A DNA stretch of 64,000 bases from Vicinamibacteria bacterium (GCA_963422395.1 OY729431.1:2656001-2720000); one strand, 5' to 3'. Positions 20,332 through 32,087 are shown, numbered from the stretch's first letter. A program made the numbers and translations. Notes: generated by a model from the sequence alone, not told the origin.

Positions 20332-20691
20332 CTAGTCCCCTTCCACCGCCGTGACGCGGATCGTGTAGTGGGTGGTTCGCCGTCGAATTCGACGAATGCG
20401 AGCCCGCCGACCGCTTCGAGAAATCGCGCGGGCCGGCCCTTCATCGGCGAATGCCTCGGCAACCAGCAGCTGATCCTCATCGATCCGCCTGGTTTCGCTG
20501 AGCGCCCTGATCTGTGCGTTGGCGATAGCCGAGCGTAGGACCTTCTCGATCGTTTTGGCAGCCGCACGATTCGTGTTCTGCAACAAAGCGATGGCATCTG
20601 CCGCAGGCTTTCGCCGGATGAGATCCAGAACGAGCCGCGCCTTCTGCGCCGATCCCGGTGCAGCAGTGGCCCTGGCAATCGCTTCGATCAT
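20332..20691 (-). CDS. rplV: 50S ribosomal protein L22 (divergent hairpin)
   Basis: [31 protein letters not shown]; position between rpsS and rpsC. Confidence 0.95.
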   Translation of the reverse strand: MIEAIARATAAPGSAQKARLVLDLIRRKPAADAIALLQNTNRAAAKTIEKVLRSAIANAQIRALSETRRIDEDQLLVAEAFADEGPARAISRSGRRARIRRIRRRTTHYTIRVTAVEGD

Positions 20692-20734
20692 CGCATAGGC
20701 CTCTGTCGCCGGGCCGCCGCTCTGCCGGCGGGTG

Positions 20735-21019
20735 TCATCGTCGTCCTCCCGACCTTTCTGTCTTCACCTTGTGTCCCTTGAAGGTTCGCGTCGGGGAAAA
20801 TTCGCCGAGCTTGTGCCCCACCATGTTGTCGGTGACATACACAGGAATGAATTTGCGGCCATTGTGGACCGCAAAGGTCAGTCCTACCATCTCCGGCACG
20901 ATCGTGGATCGCCGGGACCAGGTCTTGATGATCTTCTGGCGACGAGCCACACGCGCATCTTCGACCTTGCGGATAAGGCTCTCTTCGATGTAGGGACCTT
21001 TCTGAACCGAACGCGGCAT
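20735..21019 (-). CDS. rpsS: 30S ribosomal protein S19
   Basis: [22 protein letters not shown]. Confidence 0.98.
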   Translation of the reverse strand: MPRSVQKGPYIEESLIRKVEDARVARRQKIIKTWSRRSTIVPEMVGLTFAVHNGRKFIPVYVTDNMVGHKLGEFSPTRTFKGHKVKTERSGGRR

Positions 21020-21041
21020 GCCGTTTTCCTCGCGGATATCT

Positions 21042-21875
21042 CTACTTTCTACGGCGCTTGCGAGAGCGCACGATCATGGAATCCGTCCGCTTGTTGTTTC
21101 GTGTCTTGTGCCCTTTCGTCGGCACGCCCCAAGGGCTGACCGGATGCCGCCCTCCCGAGCTCTTGCCTTCACCCCCGCCATGAGGGTGGTCCACCGGGTT
21201 CATCGTCACGCCGCGGTTATGCGGCCGGCGGCCCAGCCATCGTTTTCGGCCGGCCTTCCCGAGTTTCACATTCTCATGATCCACATTGGATACTTGACCG
21301 ATCGTAGCGCGACATTCGCGCAGCACGCGACGCACCTCGCCCGAAGGGAGGCGTACCTGCGCGTACTGCCCCTCCTTGGCGACCAACTGAACGAAAGCAC
21401 CGGCGCTCCGCGCCATCTTGCCACCCCCTCCCGGCCGCAACTCGACATTGTGGATGGTCGCACCGAGGGGAATACGCTCGATCCGGAGGGTGTTTCCGGA
21501 GAGTATTTCAGCCGTATCACTCGCCACTACGATATCGCCCACCTTCATACCCACTGCGTGGAGGATGTAGCGCTTGTCTCCATCGACATAGTGCAGCAGA
21601 GCGATACGCGCCGACCGATTCGGGTCGTACTCGATCGAGGCCACGCGACCAGGAACCCCTGGTTTGGCTCGTTTGAAATCGATTGCACGATGGCGCCGCT
21701 TATGGCCACCGCCACGAAAACGGACCGTGATCCTGCCATGCGCGTTGCGGCCTCCGCTCTGACTCTTCCCCCGTGTGAGCCGTTTCTCCGGACGGTCGGT
21801 CGTCAACTCCTCGAAGGTCTGCACGGTGTGGAACCGCCGCCCGGGGGAAGTCGGCCGAGATTTTCTGATCGCCAT
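21042..21875 (-). CDS. rplB: 50S ribosomal protein L2
   Basis: [21 protein letters not shown]. Confidence 0.98.
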   Translation of the reverse strand: MAIRKSRPTSPGRRFHTVQTFEELTTDRPEKRLTRGKSQSGGRNAHGRITVRFRGGGHKRRHRAIDFKRAKPGVPGRVASIEYDPNRSARIALLHYVDGDKRYILHAVGMKVGDIVVASDTAEILSGNTLRIERIPLGATIHNVELRPGGGGKMARSAGAFVQLVAKEGQYAQVRLPSGEVRRVLRECRATIGQVSNVDHENVKLGKAGRKRWLGRRPHNRGVTMNPVDHPHGGGEGKSSGGRHPVSPWGVPTKGHKTRNNKRTDSMIVRSRKRRRK

Positions 21876-21878
21876 GAT

Positions 21879-22169
21879 CTACACGCCCTTGAAGATCTCG
21901 ACGGAATGCCCTTCCTCGAGAGTCACGAACGCCTTTTTCCAATCCGGACGCCTCCCGAAGAAGCGGCCCCAGCGCTTGTTCTTGCCAGTGAAATTCGCAG
22001 TGCGAACCCCCTTCACCTCGACCTCGAAAAGGGTCTCGACTGCTCGCCGGATCTGCACTTTGTTGGCCCCGCGCCGGACCCGAAAACAGACGACATTCTC
22101 CTTCTCACGAAGGCGTTCCGCCTTCTCGGTGGTGATGGGTTCGAGAATCACCTGGTCGGCTTCCATCAC
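21879..22169 (-). CDS. rplW: 50S ribosomal protein L23
   Basis: PITTEKA, ANKVQI..AVE.LF.V, WKKAFVTL. Confidence 0.97.
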   Translation of the reverse strand: MMEADQVILEPITTEKAERLREKENVVCFRVRRGANKVQIRRAVETLFEVEVKGVRTANFTGKNKRWGRFFGRRPDWKKAFVTLEEGHSVEIFKGV

Positions 22170-22957
22170 TCGCCCCCTCTCTCGGCCAGTTTCGCAGACA
22201 GCGCGTCGAGTGCCGAGCGGCGAATGAAGACGGTCGATGCCTTCAGGACTTCATAGCAGTGGAGAGCCGTCACCGAGACGACCTCCACCGATTGCAGGTT
22301 GCGCGCCGAGCGATAGAGCACTTCGGAAGGTGCCGCTTCGATGATCAGCGCCCGGCGCCCCTGAAAATTCCACTCGGCAAGCCGCTTCCACACGGTGCGC
22401 GTCGAAGGGCTGCTCAGCCCGAAATCCTCGAAGACGCATATTTTCCGCTCGCCGGCTCGGAGCGACAGCGCCGAGCGCAGCGCCCCGCGCTGCATCCGAC
22501 CAGGCAGTCGATAGCTGTAGTCCCGCGGCTCGGGACCGAAAACCGTTCCGCCCCCCCGCCAGAGCGGGTTGCGGCGACTGCCGACGCGAGCGTTGCCGGT
22601 CCCCTTCTGCCGCCAGGGTTTCCGTCCGCCACCCCGGACCAACCCCCGGCTCTTCGTCGCGTGGGTTCCGGCGCGCCGGCCAGCCCGATATTGGCGCACG
22701 GCGTCGTACAGGAGGCCGGAATGGACCGGCACCGCAAAGACTGCCGGGTCCAGAGTCACTTCGTCCCCTCCGGGCATCCGAACCCTTGGACTCTCGGGGC
22801 GGCGATCCGGACTCGGACCGTATGGCGGAGGAGCATCGGAAGCACCAGTGGCAGCGGCATCGAGTTCCCCCTCAGAAACGAGATCCAGCGAGCCGGAATC
22901 CGACGACCCCGTCGGGGCCGGCTGTTCCTCGGTCACTTTCGACATCTCCGACTTCAC
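22166..22957 (-). CDS. rplD: 50S ribosomal protein L4 (possible N-terminal extension)
   Basis: RAGTHATK, GGGRKPWRQKGTG.AR.GS, RGGGTVFGP. GTG start overlaps the rplC stop. Confidence 0.96.
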   Translation of the reverse strand: MKSEMSKVTEEQPAPTGSSDSGSLDLVSEGELDAAATGASDAPPPYGPSPDRRPESPRVRMPGGDEVTLDPAVFAVPVHSGLLYDAVRQYRAGRRAGTHATKSRGLVRGGGRKPWRQKGTGNARVGSRRNPLWRGGGTVFGPEPRDYSYRLPGRMQRGALRSALSLRAGERKICVFEDFGLSSPSTRTVWKRLAEWNFQGRRALIIEAAPSEVLYRSARNLQSVEVVSVTALHCYEVLKASTVFIRRSALDALSAKLAERGGE

Positions 22958-23577
22958 GCCTTGCGGACCTCCACGGCACCGCCACAGGGCCCTGGCACTC
23001 CGCCGCGCACCGCCACCACATTCGTCCCCTCATCGACTTCCACGACGCGCAGATTTCGCACCGTCACCCGGGCATGTCCCTGGTGCCCGGGAAGCCGGGT
23101 TCCCGGAAGCACGCGCGAAGGAGTGGCGCACATTCCGATCGCACCGGGAGCCCGGTGGAACTTCGAGCCATGGGACTTCGGGCCGCCATGGAAACCGTGC
23201 CGCTTCATGACCCCCGAAAATCCTTTTCCCTTGCTCAACCCCGTGACGCGCACTCGGCCGCTCGCCGCGAAGACCTCCGCACCGAGGCGGGTACCGACTT
23301 CGAGATCGTCGTTCGGTCCGGTTCGGAATTCACCGAGAACCGTGGCCGACCGATCGGCACCCGCAGCTTCGATACGCGCTGCAGCCGCCTTCGGCAACTT
23401 CTTGCCGAAGAGTGCATGTTCGAGAGCGATCTGGACCGCCGAGTACCCATCGTTGGGCACTGTCTTCTTCTGTAACACCACGCAGGGGCCGATTCGGATC
23501 AGCGTCACCGGCACGACGCGGCCATCGGCAGCGAAACGCTGAGTCATTCCCAGCTTTATTCCCAGCAGGCCATCCAT
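22954..23577 (-). CDS. rplC: 50S ribosomal protein L3
   Basis: [37 protein letters not shown]. Confidence 0.97.
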   Translation of the reverse strand: MDGLLGIKLGMTQRFAADGRVVPVTLIRIGPCVVLQKKTVPNDGYSAVQIALEHALFGKKLPKAAAARIEAAGADRSATVLGEFRTGPNDDLEVGTRLGAEVFAASGRVRVTGLSKGKGFSGVMKRHGFHGGPKSHGSKFHRAPGAIGMCATPSRVLPGTRLPGHQGHARVTVRNLRVVEVDEGTNVVAVRGGVPGPCGGAVEVRKA

Positions 23578-23599
23578 CGAATCTTCCCTCGCTCCTTCG

Positions 23600-23932
23600 T
23601 CACTCGGGATGGGGCTCGCCGGCAACCATCGCCTTGATCTCTACATGCACACCGGCGGGAAGGTCGAGGCGCGAAAGCGCATCCACGGTGGTCGGCGTGG
23701 AGCCCAGAATGTCGAGCAACCGCTTGTGGGTTCGCATTTCGAACTGCTCACGCGATTTCTTGTCCACATGGGGAGACCGGAGCACCGTGTATCGATTTTT
23801 CACCGTGGGAAGCGGAATCGGCCCGGCGACGGTAGCACCGGTGCGCTTCGCAGTCTCGACGATCTCACTCGTGGATTGGTCGAGAAGTCGATGATCGAAG
23901 GCCTTGAGCCGGATACGGATTTTTTCGTTCAT
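23600..23932 (-). CDS. rpsJ: 30S ribosomal protein S10
   Basis: [31 protein letters not shown]. Confidence 0.98.
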   Translation of the reverse strand: MNEKIRIRLKAFDHRLLDQSTSEIVETAKRTGATVAGPIPLPTVKNRYTVLRSPHVDKKSREQFEMRTHKRLLDILGSTPTTVDALSRLDLPAGVHVEIKAMVAGEPHPE

Positions 23933-23963
23933 TTCAATCGTGGGGCTCGGACTCTCGTCGGCA

Positions 23964-26036
23964 TCAGGCGCTCGCCATGACTTCGGCCATGACGCCTTCC
24001 GGCGCTTCCTCGTAGGAAGCGAAATGCATGGTGTATGTGGCCCTTCCCTGGGTTGCCGATCGAATATCGGTTGCGTAGCCGAACATGCCGGCCAGAGGAA
24101 CGAACGCATCCACGACCTGCGCATTTCCCCGCATCGCCAAGCCGCTGATCCGGGCGCGGCGCGCATTCAGATCGCCCATCACCTCGCCGGTGTATCCCTC
24201 GGGAGTGACGACCTCCACTTTCATCACGGGCTCGAGGATGACGGGAGAACATCGACGCAGCGCGTCCTTGACCGCCATGGATCCGGCGATCCGAAAGGCG
24301 ATCTCGGAACTATCCACGGTATGGAACGAGCCGTCGTAGAGACGCACCACGACACCGGTGACCGGATATCCGGCCAAGGGGCCGGCGGTGAGCGCTTCGC
24401 GGGCTCCTTGCTCGACCGCCGGGATGAACTCGCGGGGGATCGCGCCTCCGACGATGCCATTGACGAATTCGAAAGGTTCATCAGCGCTCGGCATCACCTC
24501 GACCCGGACATGAGCGTACTGGCCGCGCCCTCCCGTCTGTCGGATATAACGCCCCTCGGCGGTCGTACTTTCGCGGATCGTCTCTCGATAGGCCACCCGC
24601 GGCCGGCCGACGACGGCGCCCACCTGGAACTCGCGGAGCAGTCGGTCCACGATGATTTCGAGGTGCAATTCACCCATTCCGCTGATGATCGTCTGGGCAG
24701 TCTCTGTATCACTCACGACTCGGAATGTCGGATCTTCGTGAGTGATCTTGCCGAGTGCGACGCCGAGTTTCTCCTGGTCCGCCTTGGTAGCCGGCTCGAT
24801 GACCCGGGAGATCACCGGCTCCGGAAACTCCATCGCCTCGAGCACGACCGGGGCTGCAGTGGCGCAAATGGTCTCGCCGGTTCGGGCGTTCCTCAAACCG
24901 ACCGCAGCGGCGATATCGCCGGCGTACACCTCTCTGATCTCCTCACGCTTGTTCGCGTGGACCTTCACGATACGCCCGATCCTCGAACGAACGGAACGGG
25001 TGGAATTGAGCACGGTGTCGCCGATCTTCAATGCCCCGGAATACACACGGAAAAAAGACAGTTGTCCGACGAACGGATCGGCCACCACCTTGAAAACCAG
25101 AGCCGCGAAAGGAGCATCGTCCCGAGCTTCCCGGACGACATCACTGCCGTCTGCAAGCGAGGAAACCCCGGTTACGGCTGGCACATCCGTCGGGGCTGGC
25201 AAATAGGACACCACCGCGTCCAGGAGTGGCTGCACTCCCTTGTTCCGGAACGCGGAACCGCACACGACGGGAACCAACTGTAGGTCGAGCGTCGAACGCC
25301 GCAGGGCATCCTCGCACTCGGCCGGCGTCAGGTCGCCGTTCCGATCCCACGCTTCGAGCGCGTCCAGATCGCGTTCGCAGATCCGCTCGAGCATCGCCTC
25401 CCGGGCCCGACCGACCTCCTCTTCGCGTTTCGGCGAAATCTCCGTTTCCTCGAAATCGGCGCCCAGAGCGTCGCCCAGATACCGGATCTCCTTCATCCGG
25501 ACGAGATCCACAACGCCTTCGAACCCCTCTTCGGCTCCGATGGGGTGCTGGATCGCCACCGTTCGTGCGCCGAGGCGTTCCTCGATGCTCTTCACGACCC
25601 GATCGAAATCAGCGCCGGTACGATCCATCTTGTTCACGAAGGCAATTCTTGGGATTCGATACTTGTCGGCCTGCCGCCAAACGGTTTCCGACTGTGGTTC
25701 CACCCCGCCGACCGCGCAGAACACTGCGACTGCTCCATCGAGAACTCGCAGCGACCGCTCCACCTCGACGGTGAAGTCCACATGGCCCGGGGTATCTATG
25801 ATGTTGACGCGATGGTCTTTCCAGGAGCAGGTAGTCGCAGCCGAAGTGATGGTGATCCCCCGTTCCTGCTCCTGCTCCATCCAATCCATCGTCGCCGTGC
25901 CTTCGTGTACTTCTCCGATTTTGTAGGTGATACCAGTGTAATAGAGGATTCGTTCGGTGGTAGTCGTCTTCCCAGCGTCGATGTGGGCCATGATCCCGAT
26001 ATTTCGGGTGTCGGAGAGAGCGACTCTTCGGGGCAT
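23964..26036 (-). CDS. fusA: Elongation factor G (canonical)
   Basis: [41 protein letters not shown]. Confidence 0.98.
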   Translation of the reverse strand: MPRRVALSDTRNIGIMAHIDAGKTTTTERILYYTGITYKIGEVHEGTATMDWMEQEQERGITITSAATTCSWKDHRVNIIDTPGHVDFTVEVERSLRVLDGAVAVFCAVGGVEPQSETVWRQADKYRIPRIAFVNKMDRTGADFDRVVKSIEERLGARTVAIQHPIGAEEGFEGVVDLVRMKEIRYLGDALGADFEETEISPKREEEVGRAREAMLERICERDLDALEAWDRNGDLTPAECEDALRRSTLDLQLVPVVCGSAFRNKGVQPLLDAVVSYLPAPTDVPAVTGVSSLADGSDVVREARDDAPFAALVFKVVADPFVGQLSFFRVYSGALKIGDTVLNSTRSVRSRIGRIVKVHANKREEIREVYAGDIAAAVGLRNARTGETICATAAPVVLEAMEFPEPVISRVIEPATKADQEKLGVALGKITHEDPTFRVVSDTETAQTIISGMGELHLEIIVDRLLREFQVGAVVGRPRVAYRETIRESTTAEGRYIRQTGGRGQYAHVRVEVMPSADEPFEFVNGIVGGAIPREFIPAVEQGAREALTAGPLAGYPVTGVVVRLYDGSFHTVDSSEIAFRIAGSMAVKDALRRCSPVILEPVMKVEVVTPEGYTGEVMGDLNARRARISGLAMRGNAQVVDAFVPLAGMFGYATDIRSATQGRATYTMHFASYEEAPEGVMAEVMASA

Positions 26037-26248
26037 CGGAATCGTTGGGCGAAAGACAGTGATCGTGAATTCCTGGGGAATCGTTTCGGCGAATCGGAAT
26101 ACTCGGTTGGGAACGCTCAGACAGTGAAGCGGCGGCGAACGAAGGATTCGATCCCTGCCGAGCTGCCTGCTGGCGATGCGCACGGTTCTCCTGAATCGCA
26201 GTCACCCCCTGAAAATCGGGTTCTGATCGATCGCGTTCCTCCAGCGGT

Positions 26249-26719
26249 TTACCAACGATGGTGGGCGAACGCCTTGTTCGCTTCCGCCATCTTGTGGGTG
26301 TCTTCCCGTTTTTTGATCGCTCCGCCTCGGTTATGCGATGCATCCAGAATCTCTCCGGCGAGTCTCTCCACCATCGTCTTCTCGGGGCGCTTCCTGGCGT
26401 ACCCCACAATCCAGCGTAACGACAACGAAGTCCGTCGCTCGGGACGAACCTCGTAGGGGACCTGCACATTCGATCCGCCCTTGCGACGGCTCTTCACTTC
26501 AAGAGTCGGTTTGACATTCTGGACGGCCTCTCGGAAAGTGGTCAGCGGTTCTCCCTCGATTTTTTCCTGAACCCGTTCGAACGCCCGATACACGATCGCC
26601 TCGGCAGTGGACTTCTTGCCGTCGAGCATCACTTTATTGATGAAAGAAGACACGAGAACACTCTGGTAGCGAGGGTCCGGTGCGATCTGCCGCTTCGGTA
26701 CTTCGCGTCGGCGAGACAT
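26249..26719 (-). CDS. rpsG: 30S ribosomal protein S7
   Basis: [22 protein letters not shown]. Confidence 0.98.
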   Translation of the reverse strand: MSRRREVPKRQIAPDPRYQSVLVSSFINKVMLDGKKSTAEAIVYRAFERVQEKIEGEPLTTFREAVQNVKPTLEVKSRRKGGSNVQVPYEVRPERRTSLSLRWIVGYARKRPEKTMVERLAGEILDASHNRGGAIKKREDTHKMAEANKAFAHHRW

Positions 26720-26777
26720 GCTTTGGTTCTCCGATTCTCGCCGTTCGATCTCTGATCCGAAGCCTCGATCCGGCGGT

Positions 26778-27152
26778 TCAGTTCTTCGGCTGCTTGGCGC
26801 CGTATTTGGAGCGGGCGTTTTTGCGCCCATCCACGCCCACGGCATCGAGAGCACCGCGAATAACGTGATACCGAACGCCAGGGAGGTCCTTCACCCGCCC
26901 GCCGCGGATCAGCACGATCGAGTGTTCTTGCAGAGTGTGGCCGACTCCCGGGATATAGGTGGTGACCTCGATCCCATTGGTCAGTCGCACGCGGGCGACC
27001 TTGCGAAGGGCTGAATTCGGTTTCTTCGGGTTGATCGTGAATACCCGGACGCACACCCCGCGCCGTTGCGGGCATCGCTGGAGCGCCGGGGAATCGGTCG
27101 AGGGGGTCACCCGTTTCCTTCCTCGGCGGACGAGCTGGTGAATCGTGGGCAT
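26778..27152 (-). CDS. rpsL: 30S ribosomal protein S12
   Basis: [22 protein letters not shown]. Confidence 0.99.
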   Translation of the reverse strand: MPTIHQLVRRGRKRVTPSTDSPALQRCPQRRGVCVRVFTINPKKPNSALRKVARVRLTNGIEVTTYIPGVGHTLQEHSIVLIRGGRVKDLPGVRYHVIRGALDAVGVDGRKNARSKYGAKQPKN

Positions 27153-27324
27153 GGAAAGTCTTGATCCGAAGGCGGAAAATCCTCACGGATGAGGATGGAA
27201 GCGAGCACCCACCGCCCACCTCTCTGGGGCTCAGGATACCGATCAGCGGCATCTGTTCCGCAAGAAGACGACGGCGCTCATGACCCCGAAACGGAGCCTA
27301 GGTAAGGCGCAGAGCGAACCGTCA

Positions 27325-27354
27325 ACTATACATCCAGAGCCCTGCTCGAGTCAA
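27325..27354 (-). promoter_or_regulatory. Putative sigma70 promoter of the str operon
   Basis: TTGACT-N18-TATAGT on the minus strand, about 170 bp upstream of rpsL. Confidence 0.7.
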
Positions 27355-27376
27355 ACGCGGGAACCGCCCCCTCCTG

Positions 27377-27439
27377 GATGAAGCTGTTGGGGAGCGGGGG
27401 GCGGGGTGGAAAAGCCAGTCGGCACAACGACGGAGCCTT
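27377..27439. ncRNA. Candidate small structured RNA, Acido-Lenti-1-like
   Basis: GATGAAGCTG...GGAAAAGCCAGTCGGCACAACGACGGAGCCTT resembles, from memory only, a motif recurrent in Acidobacteria. Intergenic; strand not determined. Confidence 0.4.
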
Positions 27440-27713
27440 GTCCGCCAGCCCCGGGAAGCGGGACTTCCCCCGTCGGCCAGCCGGATGGATGGCCCAAGAG
27501 GGGCAGCATCGCCGGTCGCTCCATGCGGGGCCAGCCTGGCCCCGCGAACACGCTGGAGGGTGAGATCGGTCCCGGCCGGATCTTCCCGATCGGGAGCCGC
27601 TCGCTACTCGGCACCGCTGTGCGATTTCGGAAACAGACTGCCGGCAACCCGCCCAAGCCAGAGCCGGCACCCGGGCCGCCATCGGCGGCGAGGCAGGGCG
27701 ACTCCGGACCCGG

Positions 27714-30700
27714 TTACTGCAGGTCTCGGGGGTAGTCCGAACCAGCCGTCCGTTCGTCGCCCACCGCCGCCCCCTCGGCCTCCCGATCATGCAGCATGGC
27801 CTGGCGCTGGGACTCGATCTCCTCCGGAAGCACGAAGCGTTGGTGCTCGCGAAGCCCCGTGCCGGCCGGGATCAACCGGCCCATGATCACATTCTCCTTG
27901 AGCCCGCGAAGGTAATCCACCTTGCCCTGCAGCGAAGCCTCGGTCAGGACCTTGGTGGTCTCCTGGAACGACGCGGCAGAGATGAAGCTGTCGGTCGCCA
28001 GCGACGCCTTGGTCAGACCGAGCAGCATGGGCTCGGCTTGGGCGGGCTGCCCACCTTCCTGCTGTGCCTTGCGGTTCGACTGGGCGAACTCGTGACGGTC
28101 CACCGTCGAGTCCGCGATGAGTTCGGTGTCGCCGACATCGGTGACTCGAACCCAGCGCATCATCCGACTGATGATGACCTCGATGTGCTTGTCGTCGATC
28201 ACCACCCCCTGAAGCCGATAGACCTCCTGGATCTCGTGGACCAGATACCGCTGCAATTCCCCCTCGCCGAGGACGCGGAGGATGTCGTGAGGATTCCGGG
28301 GGCCGTCCATGAGCGGATCGCCAGCCCGCACTTCCTCGTTTTCCCGCACACTGATGTGCACTCCCCGCGGCACCTCGTACTCCCGCACATCATCGCTGAC
28401 CTGAGAGCGCACGCTGACGACTCGCTTCCCCTTTCGCACTTCGCCGTAACGGAGCCGGCCATCGATCTCGCTGATCAACGCCGGTGCCTTCGGCGGACGG
28501 GCCTCGAAGAGTTCCACCACCCGCGGCAGGCCGCCGGTGATGTCCTTGGTCTTGGTCGTCTCCCGGGGAATCTTCGCGAGGACATCCCCCGGGCGGACCT
28601 GGGCTCGCTCCTCGACTTCGAGATGCGCCCGTGAAGGCATCAGATAGGTCCGCAGTTCCTGCCCCTCGGAATCCCGGATCTCGATACGAGGCTCGAATCG
28701 GTCGTCCTGGGATTCGATGATGACCGGCTGTGAACGGAAAGTCACATCGTCCACTTCCTCGATCATCGTTACATCGCCGATGATGTCGTGGAAGACGACG
28801 GCTCCGCCTTCCTCGGAAAGAATCGAGAAGCTGTAGGGATCCCACTCGACGAGCACATCGCCGGCGCTCACCGGGGAACCCGGTTTCGTTTTGATCCGGG
28901 CGCCGTACACCACCGGGTGGCTCTCCTTCGCCCGGCCGTCGCTGTCGGTCACCTCCACGGAACCCGCGCGATTGATGACGACGAGATTGCCGTGGCGGTC
29001 GGTGACCGTCCGCAGATTCTCGGAAAACCGCACCGTCCCTTCGTGGCGGACATCGATCGCCGAATTCTCGAATACGCTGGCAGTGCCGCCGATGTGGAAG
29101 GTCCTCATGGTCAGCTGGGTGCCTGGCTCCCCGATGGACTGTGCCGCGATGATGCCGACCGCTTCGCCGAGGTCCGCGAGTTTCCCGGTCGCGAGATTGC
29201 GCCCGTAGCACATGGCACAGACGCCGCGCCGGGCGTCGCAGGTGAGGACCGACCGGATCTTGACCCGGGGAACACCCGAGCCCTCGATCGCAATCGCGAT
29301 CTGCTCACTGATCTCCTCCCCGGCATCCACGATTCGATCGCCCCGAAAGTCCCTCACTTCCTCGAGACTGACTCGACCGACGATCCGTTCCCGAAGCGGC
29401 TCGATCACCTCTCCCGCCTCGATGATCGGCTCCGCGTAGATTCCTCGAAGCGTCCCGCAATCGCGCGAAGTCACGATGACATCCTGGGCCACATCGGCGA
29501 GTCTCCGGGTGAGATAACCGGCGTCCGCCGTCCGGAGCGCGGTATCCGCCAGCCCCTTCCTCGCTCCGTTCGTGGAGATGAAGTACTGGATCACGCTCAG
29601 GCCTTCGCGGAAGTTGCTGGTGATCGGAGTCTCGATGATGGCACCCGAGGTCTTGGCCATCAGTCCGCGCATCCCCGCGAGCTGCCGAATCTGTTTTTCA
29701 CTGCCGCGCGCACCGGAGTCCACCATCATGAACACCGGGCTGAACCGGCCAGTCTCCTTCTCCCGCTCTTGCATCGTTCGGAGCATGTCATCGGCTACCT
29801 TGTTCGTCGCATTCGACCAGACATCGATGACCTTGTTGTATCGCTCGCCGTGGGTGATCGCACCCTCCTGGTACTGTGCGTCCACTCTGGCCACTTCGGC
29901 CTTCGCCTGCCCGACGAGACTTTCTTTGTTCGGAGGAACCACCAGATCTCCGAGGGCGGATATCGAGGTGCCGCTGCGGGTGGCGTACTCGAAGCCCAGA
30001 TCCTTGAGCGCATCCAGAACGCTCGCGGTCTCTTCGAGTCCATGCCGCAAATACACCAGCCGCACCAGACTCTGGATTCCTTTCTTCTTCAGCACGCCGT
30101 TCACGAACGGCATCCCTGCCGGCAGATGATCGTTGAAGATCACTCGTCCGACCGTGGTGTCGATTCGTCCGCGGTCCACCCGGGCCGTCTCGATACGGAG
30201 CAGATCCTGACTGTCGTGTGTATCGAGAATCTCGCCGCGGTACTGCAGCTGGATCGGCGTCAGCGTGGACACTTCTCCGCTGTCCCGAGCGAGCAGTACT
30301 TCCTCGGCCGAGCCGAACGCCTTCCGGACCTTCGGTGGGGAGACCTGCGGCTTCGTCAAATAGTAGATGCCGAGAACCATGTCCTGAGTCGGAACCGCGA
30401 TAGGCCCGCCGTGCGCAGGCGAAAGGAGGTTCCGCGACGAGCGCATCAGCAGCGCCGCCTCGACCTGGGCCTCGGGGCTGAGGGGCACATGAACTGCCAT
30501 CTGATCGCCGTCGAAATCCGCATTGAACGCGCTGCACACCAACGGATGGATGCGGATCGCCTTCCCTTCCACGAGGACCGGTTCGAAAGCCTGGATCCCG
30601 AGCCGGTGAAGCGTAGGCGCACGGTTCAGCAGCACCGAGTGTTCACTGATCACTTCCTCGAGATAGTCCCAGATCTCCGGTCGTTGCTCCTCGACTAGCT

Positions 30701-32087
30701 CGCGCGCCTGTTTGATGGTCGCGGCGAGGCCTTCTTGTTCGAGTCGGTTGAAGAGAAAAGGCTTGAACAGCTCGAGCGCCATCTTCTTGGGAAGACCGCA
30801 CTGGTGGACTTTCAGTTCCGGGCCCACCACGATCACCGATCGTCCGGAATAGTCCACGCGCTTGCCCAACAGGTTCTGACGGAACCTGCCCTGCTTGCCC
30901 TTCAGAGTGTCGGAGAGTGACTTCAGCGGTCGATTGTTCGTCCCCTTCAGCACTCGCCCCCGCCGACCGTTGTCGAAGAGAGCATCTACTGCCTCCTGCA
31001 GCATTCGCTGCTCGTTTCTGACGATCACATCCGGCGCTCGAAGTTCGAGCAATCGTCGTAGCCGATTATTGCGGTTGATCACCTTTCGATACAGCTCGTT
31101 CAGATCACTCGTGGCGAAACGGCCGCCATCAAGAGGCACCAGCGGACGCAAATCCGGAGGAATCACTGGAATGACATCCATGACCATCCATTCCGGAAGA
31201 TTTCCCGACTTGCGGAATGCGTCTATGACCTTGAGACGCTTCGCCGCTTTCGCACGCTTCTGGATCGAACGCTCGTTTCGCATAGCGAAACGCTGCTCCA
31301 CAGCCAGCTTCTCCAGGTCCGCTTTCTGCAGCAATTCCTTCGCGGCGCTGGCACCCATGTCAGCCTTGTACATCTTGCCGTTCCGTTTCATCTTCTCACG
31401 GAATTCGTTGTCGGTGCGACCGAACAGCCGTTTCAACAAGCGGTCTTGGTCTTCGGTAACCACCTGTCCCTTGCGCAATGTGCCCAAACGGACCGTTCCG
31501 ATGGACCATCCATCGTCGCCTTCTTCGGCAGTAAAAGCGAAGAGCTGCTGCAAGAGCTCCTTGTCGTCAGTAGTGATGCGCACATTTCGTTCGCGCAACA
31601 GTGCAATGTCCACATCGCCTGGATCCAGCACTATGTAGGACTCGTAGTAGAGCACCCGCTCCAGCTCTCGCGGCGTGAGATCGAGTACCTGGCCGATCCG
31701 ACTCGGCGGCACCTTGAAGAACCAGACATGGGACACCGGGCAGGCGAGATCTATGTGTCCCAGCCGACTGCGTCGAACCGACGCCTGGGTCACTTCGACA
31801 CCGCACTTGTCACAAACCACCCCGCGGTGTTTCATCCTCTTGTACTTGCCGCAAAGACACTCCCAATCATTGATGGGACCGAAGATCTGCGCGCAAAACA
31901 AACCGCCGCGCTCCGGCTTGAGTGTCCGGTAGTTGATCGTTTCCGCCTTGTTGACCTCTCCATGCGACCACGCTCTGATCTTTTCCGGAGAAGCGATCGA
32001 TATCTTGATCGCATCGAAGTCGGAGCTGAAGGTTTCGCGCTCTTCGAGATCCGGAAAAACACCGGCGGTGTCTCTGGTGATCTGCAT
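27714..32087 (-). CDS. rpoC: RNA polymerase beta' subunit
   Basis: [12 protein letters not shown], zinc finger [17 protein letters not shown]. Confidence 0.99.
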   Translation of the reverse strand: MQITRDTAGVFPDLEERETFSSDFDAIKISIASPEKIRAWSHGEVNKAETINYRTLKPERGGLFCAQIFGPINDWECLCGKYKRMKHRGVVCDKCGVEVTQASVRRSRLGHIDLACPVSHVWFFKVPPSRIGQVLDLTPRELERVLYYESYIVLDPGDVDIALLRERNVRITTDDKELLQQLFAFTAEEGDDGWSIGTVRLGTLRKGQVVTEDQDRLLKRLFGRTDNEFREKMKRNGKMYKADMGASAAKELLQKADLEKLAVEQRFAMRNERSIQKRAKAAKRLKVIDAFRKSGNLPEWMVMDVIPVIPPDLRPLVPLDGGRFATSDLNELYRKVINRNNRLRRLLELRAPDVIVRNEQRMLQEAVDALFDNGRRGRVLKGTNNRPLKSLSDTLKGKQGRFRQNLLGKRVDYSGRSVIVVGPELKVHQCGLPKKMALELFKPFLFNRLEQEGLAATIKQARELVEEQRPEIWDYLEEVISEHSVLLNRAPTLHRLGIQAFEPVLVEGKAIRIHPLVCSAFNADFDGDQMAVHVPLSPEAQVEAALLMRSSRNLLSPAHGGPIAVPTQDMVLGIYYLTKPQVSPPKVRKAFGSAEEVLLARDSGEVSTLTPIQLQYRGEILDTHDSQDLLRIETARVDRGRIDTTVGRVIFNDHLPAGMPFVNGVLKKKGIQSLVRLVYLRHGLEETASVLDALKDLGFEYATRSGTSISALGDLVVPPNKESLVGQAKAEVARVDAQYQEGAITHGERYNKVIDVWSNATNKVADDMLRTMQEREKETGRFSPVFMMVDSGARGSEKQIRQLAGMRGLMAKTSGAIIETPITSNFREGLSVIQYFISTNGARKGLADTALRTADAGYLTRRLADVAQDVIVTSRDCGTLRGIYAEPIIEAGEVIEPLRERIVGRVSLEEVRDFRGDRIVDAGEEISEQIAIAIEGSGVPRVKIRSVLTCDARRGVCAMCYGRNLATGKLADLGEAVGIIAAQSIGEPGTQLTMRTFHIGGTASVFENSAIDVRHEGTVRFSENLRTVTDRHGNLVVINRAGSVEVTDSDGRAKESHPVVYGARIKTKPGSPVSAGDVLVEWDPYSFSILSEEGGAVVFHDIIGDVTMIEEVDDVTFRSQPVIIESQDDRFEPRIEIRDSEGQELRTYLMPSRAHLEVEERAQVRPGDVLAKIPRETTKTKDITGGLPRVVELFEARPPKAPALISEIDGRLRYGEVRKGKRVVSVRSQVSDDVREYEVPRGVHISVRENEEVRAGDPLMDGPRNPHDILRVLGEGELQRYLVHEIQEVYRLQGVVIDDKHIEVIISRMMRWVRVTDVGDTELIADSTVDRHEFAQSNRKAQQEGGQPAQAEPMLLGLTKASLATDSFISAASFQETTKVLTEASLQGKVDYLRGLKENVIMGRLIPAGTGLREHQRFVLPEEIESQRQAMLHDREAEGAAVGDERTAGSDYPRDLQ

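Noticed and set aside
26125-26160. tRNA-like fragment (GGGATCGAATCC) in the rpsG-fusA spacer
   Set aside because: No acceptor, D or anticodon arm could be folded around it.
26778-27152. Streptomycin-resistance alleles in rpsL
   Set aside because: The PKKPNSA and RVKDLPG motifs are wild type.
28788-30698. 636-aa plus-strand ORF within rpoC
   Set aside because: Antisense shadow of a conserved gene with no independent coding signal.
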